64,000 nucleotides of DNA, from assembly GCA_964019335.1 (NCBI GenBank), contig OZ025724.1, positions 1 to 64,000 on the forward strand. Reading direction: 5' to 3'. A program made the position numbers and the translations under genes. This DNA is from Diplonema japonicum. Taxonomy: Eukaryota; Protista; Euglenozoa: Diplonemea. Below, piece after piece: positions 11,980 through 24,900 of the stretch (position 1 is its first letter; each line of letters starts with the position of its first letter). The notes under the pieces were generated by a model. It worked only from the letters and a program-made list of their open reading frames with translations. It did not search any database and had not been told where the DNA came from.

Positions 11980-13754
11980 TCAGGTAACGACGCAACACGC
12001 TGTGGTGGTGCCTTTGCAGGATTGAGTGCCCACGAGCTGTGATGGTTGCGCTGGTCGAATGTCTACACTAATCTCATCCTCTCCTGTCGTCACCGGTGCC
12101 TGTTGAAACTCTTCAGTATCTTCTGATGCCTTACGCTCCCCTGAAGGTTCCTCAACCTTGCTCCTGTGATACTTTTCCTTTCCACGAAGAAACCTGTAGG
12201 TTGTGGCTCTGTGCAAGGGATGGGTCGCAATAGTACTCGAATCCCCGCTGCTTCTGGGTAAAGGGAGCAAAGCACTCGTATCCACAGAAGTCAATGATTT
12301 ACAGTGGTTGAGGAAACTGTGGCCGACAACTGTGACATTCTGGAGGGGGTTGAGATCTACAGCTCTCAAAGACGTGCAGCTCTCGAGAAAGTAGTCCCCA
12401 AGATGCTGAACGTTCCGCAAGGGGCTCAGATCAACAGAAGTCAATGATTCACATCTATGGAGAAAATTATCACCGATATTTGTGATGTTCTGGAGGGGAC
12501 TCAGATCAACAGTCGTTAGGAATGTGCACCCGTCGAGGAAAGAGTGCCCAACGGACTGAACATTCTTCAAAAGACTCATATCCACAGAAGTCAATGATTC
12601 ACAGCATTTGAGGAAACTGTGGCCGACAACTGTGACGTTCTGGAGGGGGTTGAGATCTACAGTTATCAAAGATGTGCAGCTCTCGAGAAAGTGTTCCCCA
12701 AGATGCTGAACATTCTGCAAGGGGCTCAGGTCCACAGAAGTCAATGACTCGCAGCCATTGAGGAAGCCGGATCCAATTCTCCCCTTTGTGATGTTTCGGA
12801 GGAAGCCTAAATCCACAGCCGTTAGAGATCTGCACATGCTGAAAAGGAAATCTGGAACGGAGCAGTCAGCGGGAACAAGGCTGCCCATATCCACAGATTT
12901 CAAAGAGAAGCAATCACTCATGAAGGAAAAGGTTTTCAATGAGGTCACATTCTGAAGAGGGCTCAGATCCACAGAAGTCAGTGATTCGCAGCCACAGAGG
13001 AAACTCCGGCCTACGGCGGTGACATTGCGAAGGGGGGCTAAATCAACAGTCTTCAAAAACTTGCAGTCCCCGAGAAACCAGTCCCCAACAGACTCATTGT
13101 TCTGCAAGGGACTCAAATCCACAGAAGTCAATGATTCACAGCCATTGAGAAACCTGTCTCCGACAGTTGTGAGGTTCCGGAGGAAACACAGATCCACAGT
13201 GGCTAAGGATTTGCACTCGTGGAGGAAACGATGCCCAACGGACTGAACACCCTGCAAGGCCGACAGGTCCAAGGTGACGAGTGAGGAGCCAGACAAAAAG
13301 GAGTCCCCAATAGAGGTTGCACCGTCGCTCAGGGTCCACACCTTGAGGTGACGAAGCTTTGAGGGAAGCTTGCTTGTGAGTCCATCATCAAGACAGTCTA
13401 GACCAGTGACATCCACCGAAAGAAGAAACTCAGGATTCTCCTCAAGATGCCTTTCAACATCCTCTTTCAGACGCGAGAGGTCCACATGACTGACATCAAT
13501 TGTATCATAAATACTACACAAGAGAAGCTCGCTCCCCTGCCCCATCCCCAGCTGCTGTATCTCCTGCTCCCCACCGCCAGATGTCTCATTATCCAAGACC
13601 ACCCCTTCGAAGCGCAAGAGGAACTTCCCCACCTCCACTGCAGAAGCCTCAGCCGCCTTCCTGTACAGGTCCTTCACCCTGTCAAGCCCAGACAGCTCCA
13701 CCTCGTGCACCACATCCTCGTCGACAGTCCTGATCAACAAACTGCGAGGCTCAT
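11980..13754 (-). CDS. UBL + BspA-type LRR + CaaX protein, copy 1 (2-nt insertion just after the start codon; pseudogene or sequence error)
   Basis: N-terminal ubiquitin-like region, about 14 LRRs of 25 aa (CxSLxxVDLSPLxNVxxVGxxFLxx), C-terminus CCVVT. The paralog start MSLAV is at 13754 but out of frame because of an extra 'aa' at about 13739-13740. Confidence 0.8.
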
Positions 13755-13783
13755 GGTTGTACTTTTTTTGTCCCTTTTTTTAA

Positions 13784-14547
13784 CCACTAAAGGACCATGA
13801 GGACATATGTGTCCTTAAGAAAAATTATCTTTTCTATGTGACACTTTTTGTGCCACAGCCCCTGGACTTTACTACCCTTTTGCGCGAAGAACAAACACAA
13901 AAACCCGTCCCCAAGGGGGCTGCTTGGTGTCCTTTTGTTGAGAGCAGCTTCTCAGGACCTTCTGAAATGATTTCAAGTGCTTAAGCGCCACCTCAGATGA
14001 GGGTGGTGTGCGTTGGGGACAAATATCAACCGTATACCAGCCAAGAAATGACATGGGTACAGGGGTCCAGCAACATCGAACGGCGACATGGATTCAGTTT
14101 GTTTATCGCAAACAGCTTGCTGAGGTTCATTATCAGCTGTTCAAAGGTGTATGCCACATCCAAGGGCACCACATTCGACGCAGACGTGAACTGAACACTT
14201 GGATCGCCGTCTGGGTTCTGCCCGCCTTGATGGACGAAGTCTGCAGGGTGGGCGTCAAGGACTTTGGCTCACAGTGCAACGGGACACTATCAAAAGTGGA
14301 GATGCTGCATTTTCGGACCCCCGACAATTCTGGGGACGCTGGAAAAAAAAATCCTCAAGGGCTCCAGGCGTCCGACAGGCGCATGAAAAATAAACTGTTT
14401 TTTTTACCCCCTGGTCAAGTTCAAGTGCTTTTTAAAGGGTATAGTGTACTTTCCTATGGTTAAACTCTCGCATTTCTTTTTTTCCCGTGTTCATAAATAG
14501 ACGGTCCTTAGCACTTTTTTTCGCCAAAACCCCCGGTCCTTTAGTGG
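13784..14547 (+). mobile_element. Non-autonomous piggyBac element (family A)
   Basis: TTAA at 13780-13783 and 14548-14551. 13-bp TIRs CCACTAAAGGACC / GGTCCTTTAGTGG. Internal transposase remnant (LNTWIAVWVL..GVKD). Confidence 0.88.
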
Positions 14548-14652
14548 TTAAAAGAAAATTCGAAAGAAATATGTGACATAAACTATTCTGTTTAACTGAA
14601 TCGTCCAATACTTCCTATGGGCGCTCTTGCAATGAGCGTGAAAAAAAAAAAA

Positions 14653-17617
14653 TATATATGAGTTAAAGGAAGTCTTTGTGAGACGCCCCCTTGTTCTCAT
14701 CTTCTACCTGCACCTATCCCCTTTCAGCAGCGGTTTCTCCTCCTTTGGTGGTCTTGCCGGCCTTCTCCCCAGCCTGGCCGCTCTTTCTCTTCGTTCTCTC
14801 GCCCATTGTCCTTTCAACGCCTCTAGGTCATGCTTGGTCTTCGGTGATGCAAATATCGCCCTCCTGTTCCATCCGATCACCGCCTTTGTCCTCCCGATGG
14901 ATCGTAGTGTGTGCACCCTTGTGCTCGGCTCAGCTGGGAAGGCCCTCCTTCCTTTCACCTTCTTCAGTACCCTCCCTAGCTCCCATGTGTGCCAGATCTT
15001 CTTCATCAGTCCATGCAATCTCCTCGCTTTCTGCTGTACTTCTGCGAGATCCCCCAGCTTCCCTCCAAGGGTCTTCCCGGTCACGTTCTCGAAATCCAGT
15101 GCCAGCTCCACCGTCGACACTGACGTGTTCCTGCTGCCTGCATACCAGCGCAGTTGCCGCATCCACCTCAGCACCTCCTTCGTGTACTCCCGTAGGACAT
15201 CCCCTGCCGGTAGCTTGCCGAAGTCCTTGTCCGACGGTACTGGGTGTTCTTGACCTTGTGTGATCTCCAGCCACTGGTGTGCGTGGTACACCTCCTGCCT
15301 CTTCGCTTGTAGGGCTGCGTCCCGCTCCCCCACCACCGCCAGCAGGTACCTCTGCGTTCCTTCGAGCCTTTCCCTGACATCCTTCCCTGCTCCCCTTGGC
15401 AGGATGCCATGCAGCTTCGTACACGGTTCCAGCCCCCTGCGCGTCATGCCTTCGTGTTCTTCCCGCTGTTGCACTTCCTTGGCCTTTTCGCACTCCCACA
15501 GTGCGTGCTCCAGCATGTTGGGCAGCTGTTGCTCCTGACCGCAGATGTCGCAGTGTGCCGTCGTGGGTTCGGCCTGCTTAGCTTCTTGCTTCCTCGCCTC
15601 CGCAATCAGCCACTTTTCGGTGTCCTGTCCTTCCTCTTCTTCTTCTTCTTCTTGTTCATCTTCAGCCTCGCCTTCATCCTCGTCTTCTTCTCCTTCCGCC
15701 ATCGGGATGTGCTCCACCGTGTCCGTGCGCCATCCCCGTGGGTTGATGTAGAACACTGCCCCCGAGATGATCCTTCGCACGTCCCTTGCTGCAATCGGGT
15801 CCGTCACCACCAGCTTCCTCCACAGCGCGTTGGTCTCTGCTGCTGCCGCAGCTTCCATGCCCCCCATGGTGCTCCGTTTGCTCATGATTTCCTGTGCTTC
15901 CGCCCGCCTGAGTCGGTCCCTGATGTAGTGCTTGTAGGGCTCCTTTTCCAGTGCGTGGGTGTCCTTCAGCTGTGCCCAGCTTAACTTGATCTGAGGCAGC
16001 CACCTTTCCATCATGATGCCCACCGGTCCCAGCGTTATCTTCTTCCCGCTGTACCGTTTGGCAATGGCGTCGCAGCGTGTCCACAGCTTGTCGTCCTTCT
16101 TGCAGGCTCTGTATAGGAGCATAAGTGCTCTGTATGCGGCTGTCATCTGTGGGTGGCTCGTGTGTCCCTGCAGTGTCACGGATAGTACTGTGCCTGGGTT
16201 CCTGGTGCAGTACTTCTGCCCCCAGAGCGCGTACGTGGTCTCCTTCACCAGCGTGGCCATTTGTCCCGTTTTCGGCGGTGAGAATGGGCAGTCGTAGAGG
16301 CAGCTCGGTAGGATCGTGCTGCTGATGATCTTCGCCTTCTGCTGAAAGGACAACGGCGTTGCTCCCAGCCTGCTCAGCGTCCCGAGTGCCTCCGCCGTCC
16401 TGTCGCCGTTGGTTTGCGGCCTGCCGTCTGTCCGCAGCTTGGCTCCCAGTACTCCTACAGTCCGTGTCGGCTGCAGTTCCTCGCCTTTCACCTTCACCTC
16501 CGGTGTCTTCCTGTTCACTGCAAAGGTCTTCGTCTTCCTGGTGTTGAGCTTCATCCCCACCTGTTTGCAGAAGGCTTCCACTGCGTCTACGCCTTCCTGC
16601 AACGCCGCACCGAGCCGTGCCAAGAGGTATGCATCGTCCGCGTAAGACAGCGAGCGGACCCCTGTGTCGTTCTCCACCTGCTTCATTAGTACCGCCAACA
16701 GCGCGTTGATGAGTACCACTGAAATCGGGCATCCCTGAAGGATTCCATTGGTTGTGTGGAACTCCTCCCCCACGCCTGCTGCGTACCTGAACCGTCTTCG
16801 CATGCCTGCGTACATTCCTTTCAGTGCCCTGAGGATGCCTGTGTCCATGCCCATGTCCTCCACCAGCTCCAGAACCAGCTGTTGCGGTACACTGTCAAAG
16901 CATTTCGCAAAGTCGAGTGCCACCCCGACTAGCGGTTTCCCCTCCAGAATGGATTCTTCGATGTCAAGGGCGAGGTCCAAAAGTGCGTCCTCTGTCCCGA
17001 AACCAGTGCGGAATCCGTATTGCTTGTCGTGTATCTATTTCTCCTGCCAGATGAGGATATCAGACAGTCGCGCGCATGCCCAGAGTCTGTACACCGCAGA
17101 TGTGACTGTGATAGGCCTGTGCTCCAGTGGTCCCGCATCGTCGCACTTCGGTACGAGGGTAACCAGTGCCGTTTTCATGGCTTCCGGCCACCTCCCCGTT
17201 GCTTCGATTGCATGGAAGAGCATCGCCCAGGCGTCTAGTACTGACTCTGGTAGTTTCCGTAGCTCTAGCATCCTCCACCCGTCGATGCCTGCCGCGCTTT
17301 TCTTGCTTTTCTTTCTGAGCACTTCCCTCAGCCTTGCTCCCGTCAGTTGTGTCCTCTCCATCTCATGCCGTTGCACGAACTTGCTGTACTTTGCCTTGAA
17401 GGGGGCATAGAGGGGCTCCGGTCGGGACTCGTATTTCGCAAAGACGGTCTTCCACGCCTTGCGCATGACGCTGTCGATCAGTCCGGGGGACGCAAAGAGC
17501 ACCATCCCTTCCTTGACCGCCCTGGTTCCGTCGCTATGACGTTTGCCTTTCGCGACTTTTACCAGTCTTGTTGTCTCGCGTCCTGCTGCAACCTCGGCCA
17601 GGTATTCTCGTCTCCGA
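14653..17617 (-). mobile_element. 5'-truncated non-LTR retrotransposon (RT, CCHC-like finger, C-terminal domain) with one nonsense codon
   Basis: ORFs 17035-17505 and 14704-16980 are in the same frame, separated by TAG in place of a Trp (WQEK*IHDKQYGFR). RT motifs LDFAKCFD, GILQGCPIS and SYADD; CDIC..HALWEC. Confidence 0.92.
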
Positions 17618-18443
17618 AAAAAACTATTTAAAAAAAAAAGAGAAGAGTTTTTAAGGTGGACGTATATCGGTTATAGGCCGTCAACGCGCAACCCCTCTGT
17701 ATCAGCAGTCTGCCGTCAGGCCCGAAAGCCCTCCAGCCACTACTCTTTCCGTCAATTCCTGCAAAGTACAAATCATTAGCAGCGTTTCGACCCTCCTCCC
17801 CGGCTTGAACTTATCAGGAAACCCGAAGCCGGTTCAGTGGAGACCGTCAAGCTTCACAGGGTCACGACGATTATCTGGCGTCCCTTGCTCCCCATTTGTC
17901 GACATAATTAGAAAAGGTATAAAAACATAAGTGGGTGAAAGTTACAACAAAAAGTGGTCTCAGTTGGTGGGGGGTCATAAAAATGGGTAGCTTGCTCCCG
18001 CATGCCCAAAATAGAATCGCTCGCATTAGGTGACGCTACTCACCCTGCTGCCTATTTTTTAAAAAAGACTGTTAAAAGAAACGTCAAGCCATTTCCTCTG
18101 GGCAGCATTGCCCGAGGAGTTCTGGTCCCAGGCAACAAACCTTTACTCATCAAAGAGATTGCCTGTACCACACAAATGAAAGCCAAGTGTACTGTTCATC
18201 ACAAAAAAAGAGAAAGGGAAAGACTCAGAGACAACAGGAAGGACGGAGGGGGGGAAACGGTACCGCGATCAATTAAATAGAGCAAAAAAAAAATTCACTA
18301 TGAAAGGAACGAAGTGGTTAGCGGCCCGCAAAAAAAAAAAAAAAAAAAAAAAAAAGATCCCTTTATCTTTTTTTGTTCTTTCTTTTTTTTTTTTTTTTTT
18401 TGCGCTTTATTCACATGACACCTTCCTTCCGTCAAAGCACGAT

Positions 18444-18980
18444 TTACGTCTGGAGATCTGATGGCCTGAACTTGTGGTGCAGAGGGGCCACCCTTGTGGG
18501 ACGGGGGTGACCCCCCATTCCTCTTCTAGACACCAGGGGATGATGATGAGGGCTTCTTGTAGGTGTTAATAACTCTGGCTCTAGCTCCGGCACTGGCTCA
18601 CACACTATCTTTGGAAGTAGGTGCGCCTCGTTGCTGTGATCAACAATAAGATGGTCATTAGCAGCCTGCCTTGTGTCCTGCATGTGTTCTTCTCTAATCT
18701 GTTCTTCCCGTTTGCTTTGCCGCTTCTCAACTATTCTGGTAACAATTGCTGTCGCACACAACGATACACACAAAAAACTTGAGATCCATATCAGACTTAT
18801 GTCACGCTCGCTTAACTTTGGAGCATCTGTGTCATCACCGGTGCTGTTGTTGTTGTTGTTGTTGCTGCTGCTAGTGCCACCATTTTTCTTCTTACTCTTG
18901 CCACCCTTCTTCCCTTCAACGCCGCTTAAGCACAGCGAGACGAATACCAAAAAGAAGATTGCACAGTTTACCCTGTTCAT
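18444..18980 (-). CDS. Single-pass membrane protein, paralog of 20142-20909 lacking the Cys domain
   Basis: Signal peptide, K-rich/poly-N linker and TM helix. The C-terminus (GMGGHPRPTR.APLHHKFRPSDLQT) and proximal 3' UTR are nearly identical to the neighbour's. Confidence 0.8.
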   Translation of the reverse strand: MNRVNCAIFFLVFVSLCLSGVEGKKGGKSKKKNGGTSSSNNNNNNSTGDDTDAPKLSERDISLIWISSFLCVSLCATAIVTRIVEKRQSKREEQIREEHMQDTRQAANDHLIVDHSNEAHLLPKIVCEPVPELEPELLTPTRSPHHHPLVSRRGMGGHPRPTRVAPLHHKFRPSDLQT

Positions 18981-20141
18981 TTTTGCTTGTTTTTTGTTTG
19001 TTTTGTTTTGTTTTTACTGTTTTTATTTTTGTCGATCTGAAAGAAAGAGAATGTGTGCGGGAGCGCGAAGCACAGTGTCAAGGCATGACCTGCATAAACG
19101 ATGTCATATGTGCTGTTCTGACATCCCAGATCACTGATCAAAAGGCGTTCATGGACAAGATGTCATGTTATTACGAAAAGATCGGCTACCCCTTGGATCC
19201 ACTCAAGAGCATAATAAAAAGCGCAACACGAGCAGTCTTCGATGAGCACATGGCAACGGCATTGTGATGAAAGCCCCAGGGAAGGTTCTGACGAAGTTTG
19301 ACTTGCTAATGGATGACCGACTCCCTCGAACGAGTTCGGGGGTGGTGCGAAGTTGCTTCTGACGACCGAAATGATGAGTGGTGACGAGCCAGACAGAATG
19401 TCACGGCGACGCCCGAAAACCACGCGATGCGCTGCTTGCGAGGTGTTCAGTGCGGTGACAGCCGGGTCACCGCGGAGAAAAAAATATATATAAAATAGAG
19501 AGGAACTGGCCGTTGTTTGTACGTGCCGGGTAAAACCGGGGGGGGGGGGGGGGGGGGTCTTGTTGTTGAAAAGAAAATACCCCACCAAAGTGGGGTTTTC
19601 TGGGAGAAGAAAATATAAACACAAAAAAAGTCGTTTCTTTGCGCAAGCCGTATTCACCTACACGCGAAGTTAAACGGACAAGCTGGGAGAGAAAAAAAAC
19701 CTATCTGAGAGATGCTTTGTTGGTGGCATGTACAGTACTTCTATGCTCTGGGACACTGTGAGCACTTCGGTTGCGCTGCTCCCAGTCTCCTCGCCGACTG
19801 CATCGCGTCAGCCATACTTTTGTTCCCTGCTTTCCGTACTCAACTTTACCAGCACTAATCACCTTCTTCGTCGATGGATGCTTGAATTCGCCATCCCTTA
19901 CTCTGGAGATATACCCTTAAAAAAAGAGGGGGGGGGGGGGGGGGGAGAGGAGGAAAGGAGAAAGGGAAGACTCAGGGATAACAGGAAAGGAGGGGGGAAG
20001 GGGAGGGTACTGTGATTAACTAAATTAAATAGAGCAAAAAAAAAAAAAAAAAAAAAAAAAAAGGTCCTTTTTTTTTTTTTTTTTCCTTTTTTCTTTTTTG
20101 CGCTTTATTCACATGACACCTTCCTTCCGTCAAAGCACGAT

Positions 20142-20757
20142 TTACGTCTGGAGATCTGATGGCCTGAACTTGTGGTGCAGAGGGGCCGGCCTTGTGGGAC
20201 GGGGGTGACCTCCCATTCCTCTTCCAGACACCAGGGGATGATGACTAGGGCTTATTGTAGGTGTTGAGAACCTTGGCCCTGACTCTGGTTCCAAATACCT
20301 CACTCGAGACGGCTCACTTCCAACCGTCGGGAGTAGGTCAAATCTGCCGTGAAACTCTGGCTCCGGCTCCGGCACCGGCATTGACTCTGCAGGTGGCTCT
20401 GGCAGTGGCTCTGGCAGTAGGCGCACTTCTTTGTTATAATTAAAAAGATCATCGGCCTCCTGCCTCATTATGTCCTGCCTTTCTTGTTCTCTATCTCGTT
20501 TCGCTTTTATGCGGGTGTGCACTACGATGGCACATATAACTATACAGAAAAAACCTAGGAAACCGAAAAGAAGAATCAGAAACAGGCCAATCTTGAGCGC
20601 TTCGTTGCAATCATCCTCATTTCTGCAGATTCCATCTGCGCAGCAGCCGTGGGTGCAGTCCTTGGCTGCAACCGTGCTGTTTGTAACGCTATCGAAACAC
20701 GCTTCTGTGTCATCACCAGCGCTGCTGTTGTTGTTGTTGTTGTTGTTGCTGTTGTTA

Positions 20758-20795
<38 letters not shown>

Positions 20796-20909
20796 ACTTT
20801 TACCATTTTTCTTCTTACTCTTACTCCTGCCACTTTTCTTCCCTTCAACGCTGCTTAAGCACAGCGAGAGGAAAACGAGAAAGAGGATTGCACAGCTTAC
20901 TCTGTTCAT
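20142..20909 (-). CDS. Cys-rich single-pass membrane protein (6-Cys ectodomain family)
   Basis: Signal peptide, poly-SN/N tract, C..C.HGCC..G.C....DC, TM helix and Pro/Glu-rich tail. Confidence 0.82.
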
Positions 20910-21967
20910 TTTTATTTGTTTTTTTGTTTGTTTGTTTTTGTTATTACTGTCGAAAACAAAAAAAAATACGAACCCGTCCGAAAAGAAATGTCAACAAATG
21001 ACCCTCCCCACGCGGCAGGAAACTTCTAAGTAGAAAAGTTGGCAAGCTGGTGGCACCACTTTGTATGCTTGCACACCACCATATAGGTCAGGTGCGTGTA
21101 TAAACATGTTTTATTTTATTTTATTTTATGCTTCTTTTTGGTTTTTGGCGTTAGGAAATAATATATAACCCAGACCCCCTGTTCTCTTTTTTTTGATCTG
21201 TTATCTCTTTCAATTTCTTTTTTGAAAAATTCTTAACCAGTAAGGGACGACGCGCTAGATTTCTAGCGGCCAGAAAATTAAGATTCTTTGGATACCATAC
21301 CCTTGCACAGAGTAACGTACTTCCCTCGATTTCCTTTCCGTTTCCATCGAAAGTCACTTTTGGCCCTTAGATTAACCTCCAAAAACACCCTCGAAACCAG
21401 TTTTTGGCACGAAAAAAGAAAAAGCTCATATGAGCAGTACTGCTTCAGACGAGTTCGGTTTACTGAGCGAAAAAAAAAAAGAAAGTTACAACCTCAGGAG
21501 ATTGGCTCCAAAAGACACCAATATTGAAAGCCCCGCAGCCGATTTTCACTCGTTTTTTTCTCGAAATTGGAAAAAAAAGGGCTTTTTAAAAAAAACCACA
21601 TTTTCCGGGCCTATGCGGCACCATATATATTTTTTTCGCTAAATACCTTCAACAGTAACCCGACCCTTTATGCACCATAGGTGCTGCGCTATTGGTTTAA
21701 TGCGGGGGGGGGGGGGTAAAAAAGAAGAAAATATATTTGCGACTTGGTTATAGTGGGGAAATGCAGTATGTGACAGCACGATTACACCCTTTTAAAGGTG
21801 AGTCGTGAAAGCCTGCCAAGTCCCCTGTGGTCCCGTAGAGCAAAGTGGAGAGGTAAATAGGGAGAGAGAGAGGTTGGAAACACCGTTGTCTCCACGAAAT
21901 AAAAAAAAACTCAAAGTGCAGGACAAACCCCCTCATGGAGGGCCGCCCTTGGGTGGGTTAGGGGGGG

Positions 21968-24900
21968 TTATCTTTTTATACTCCCCTTCTGGAGCATTGC
22001 TTTCGTTCCAATCGAGGCCTTGAGCGTCTTGCGGAGTCGTGTGATGCGGTCTCGCTTGTAAGCGGCTTTCAGTTCCATCAGCTTGTCGTGAGTGGTGTGG
22101 GTGGCGAAGATGGGCCTCCTGGCGAAACCCATAGCCGTCTTCCCACCTATTGCGATGAGGGACTTCACTCTCTTCTGTTCATCTGCTGGGAAGGGGCGTG
22201 GCTTCTTCCGTGCCCTGCATGCCGCGTTCAGCTTTCTTATCAGTGCTTTGATCTTGCGAGCCCTATCTTCCAGCAGACCCCCCAGTAACTTGCCTGTCGT
22301 CCATTCGAAGTCGATGGCCAATTCCACCGCTGACACTTCAGAGCTGGTGTCCTCCTTCACCCATCGTAGCTGTGACAACCACTGCAGCAGCGGGTTCAAG
22401 AATTCTGCGACGATTCCTCCCACTCCTTCGAGCTCCCCCGCCGTTGGCACGAGGCATCTCCTTCCCTCCACATTGCGTACCCACGGCAGCGGCTGTGTGC
22501 TGGCGTTGTCTATTTGCATGAGCTCCACATCCCGTTTCCCGACCACCACAGCCATGTATCGCTGCAGCTTCTCCAGGTGTGCGAAGACATGCCCCCTCGG
22601 CAGTATCGCGTGCAGCTCCAGACATAGGGGCCATCCTGATCTGTTGCGCAACGGCTCCATTCCGTCTAGTGCCAGTTCCTCTTGTGCACAGGCGCACTCA
22701 TACAGCTGATGGCGGAGTAAGGTCACCGTGTCCGGGTGTGGAGACTTGCACAGGTCGCATCTGAATCCTTGCGTGTGCGATACCTCCGTCGTTGGTGCCT
22801 GGCCCATGTTCTCCTCGTCACCGTTGTCGTCACCTTCAGGCGCCAGTGGGACGCTCTTTCGCTTCGCATTTGCGTGCGGGTTTAGGTAGGGAACCCCTCC
22901 TGCGATCACTCGTCTCAGGCTGTAGGACATGAGCGGGTCCTTGGCCGTCCTCCATAATCGGTTCGTCTTGGGGTCCGCCCCCGGCTCTATCCCGCTTATC
23001 GTGCTCCTCTCGACCGCCAGCGTCCTACTTCGGGCCTTCCTCACCACCTCTCTAAAGATGTGTCCGCGTTCGGCCCAAGATGTGTTGCAACCTAGTAGCT
23101 GCGCCCAACTCCATCCTATTCGGGGAAGCCACCGGCAGACCAGGTTGCCAACCGGCCCCATCGGGATGGAACCCGCGTCATACCCCGCAGCGATCTGCAT
23201 GCATCTCTGCCGTAGCCGACTGTCATCGAGTGCTCCGGATACTACCTTCAGGGAGTGGTACATTACGTAGGAAAGGGGGTCATTGGTGTGCCCCTTCAGC
23301 AGGACTGTGTTTACCGCGGTGGCCGACCGTCCACGGTGATGAGGGCCCCACAGGTTACAAGTGATCTTCGTCGTTAGCTTCTTGAGTGCCTCATCACATG
23401 GAGGGGAGAACGGCCCACTGTATAGGCAAGATGGCAGGACCGTCGTGCTGACCAAGTGTGCTTTGGTTTCGAAAGCAATCCTTGTGCCCCCCAGTCGGTC
23501 CAGCGAGCCAAGCGCCCCCGTGGTCGGTTTGTTCCACGTCGTTCCTGTCCTGCGTGTGTTGATCTTCACCCCCAGTCCGCAGAGGTCTGTCACCGTCTTG
23601 TAGGGTACCGCGACCTCCAAGCCTTTCCTCATCTCCGTTCGGTTTCCTATGACTTTCGACTTGAAATCTTCAGCAGTGCCGAAACCAACAGTCTTCTCCT
23701 TGTTGATTTCCATCCCCGTCAGGTCGCAGAACTCCAATGTCCCATTGACCGCAGCTTGTAGTGAGCCACGCAGCTTTGCCAGCAGGTATGCGTCGTCAGC
23801 GTAGGCTAGCACTTCGGCGTCTGGCGCGACTTGCTCGACTGCCCGCACCATGATGGACAACAGGGCGTTGACGACGATGACTGACAGGGGGCATCCTTGG
23901 AGAATGCCGTTCGTTGTCTCAAATGTTTCTCCCACTCCTATGGGGTACTTGAACCTCCTTGTGATTTGGGTGTACATCCCTTGGAGTGCTCTCCCTATGG
24001 ATTGGTCCATCCCCAGGGCGTCCATGAGGTCGAGAGACAGCCGTTGTGGCACTAGATCGAAGCATTTTCGAAAGTCTAGGGCTAGTCCTTCCAGCGGTTC
24101 TCCTTCCACCAGAGCTAGTTCCAGCTTGGTACATAACTCCATGAGGGCAGTTGTCGTACTGTGTTTGGGTCGAAACCCGTGCTGTCTCGGCGTGATCCAG
24201 CGTTCTTGCCAGTCAAGGACACCCTTCAGCCTCGTACACGCCCACAAGCGGTAGATGGTGCTGGTCACTGTGATGGGACGATGATTCAGTGGTGCTGACC
24301 CCTCACCCTTCGGAATCAGGGACACCAGTGCTGTCGTGATCTGTCTCGGCCACTGGCCTGTTTCCTCGATCAGGTTGAAGAGGTCTGCGAAAGCCTTCAG
24401 GATGCTCGTTGGGAGACGCTTCAGTTCACTCATCCGCCAACCGTCCACGCCACATGCTCCTTTCTCCGGCTTCTTCCTGATCACTTCCCTCAGCTGTTCT
24501 GCTGTGATGGGAGTCCGTGCCATTGGGGCTTTCTTGATCAGGTCCCCGTAACGTTGTGCAAACCGCTCATACTGTGGCTCTTCCTCGAGTGTTCGCGCAC
24601 AGAAGACGCCCGACCACGCGTTCCGCATCACCTTGTCCATTTCCTGTAGGTTCGCCGTCACCCCCCCGTCTGCTACCTCAACCACGTCCGTTCTCTGGTT
24701 TGGGCGGTCTCTGACCCAGGCTGTGATGTGCTTGCGTTCTTTCCCAAAGTCAGCACGGACTGAGCGTTCGTAGGCCTTCGTCTGCATTCTCTTGCGGTAT
24801 TGGAGTAGCTCTGATAGCATTCCCTGAGCGAAGTCCTCTGCTATGTCCAGCTCCTCCCTGATGCCGTCGATACCCCCTGTCGCGTCCACCTGGCAGTTGT

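Noticed and set aside
17825-17870. Region next to a hammerhead-like string on the minus strand (CTGATAAG...TCGAAACG, about 17780-17820)
   Set aside because: The core has A in place of the conserved G8, and I could not form stems I and III or an NUH site.
19264-19400. Box C/D-like words (GTGATGA..CTGA, ATGATGA)
   Set aside because: No terminal stem, wrong spacing and no repetition; more likely a decayed coding fragment.
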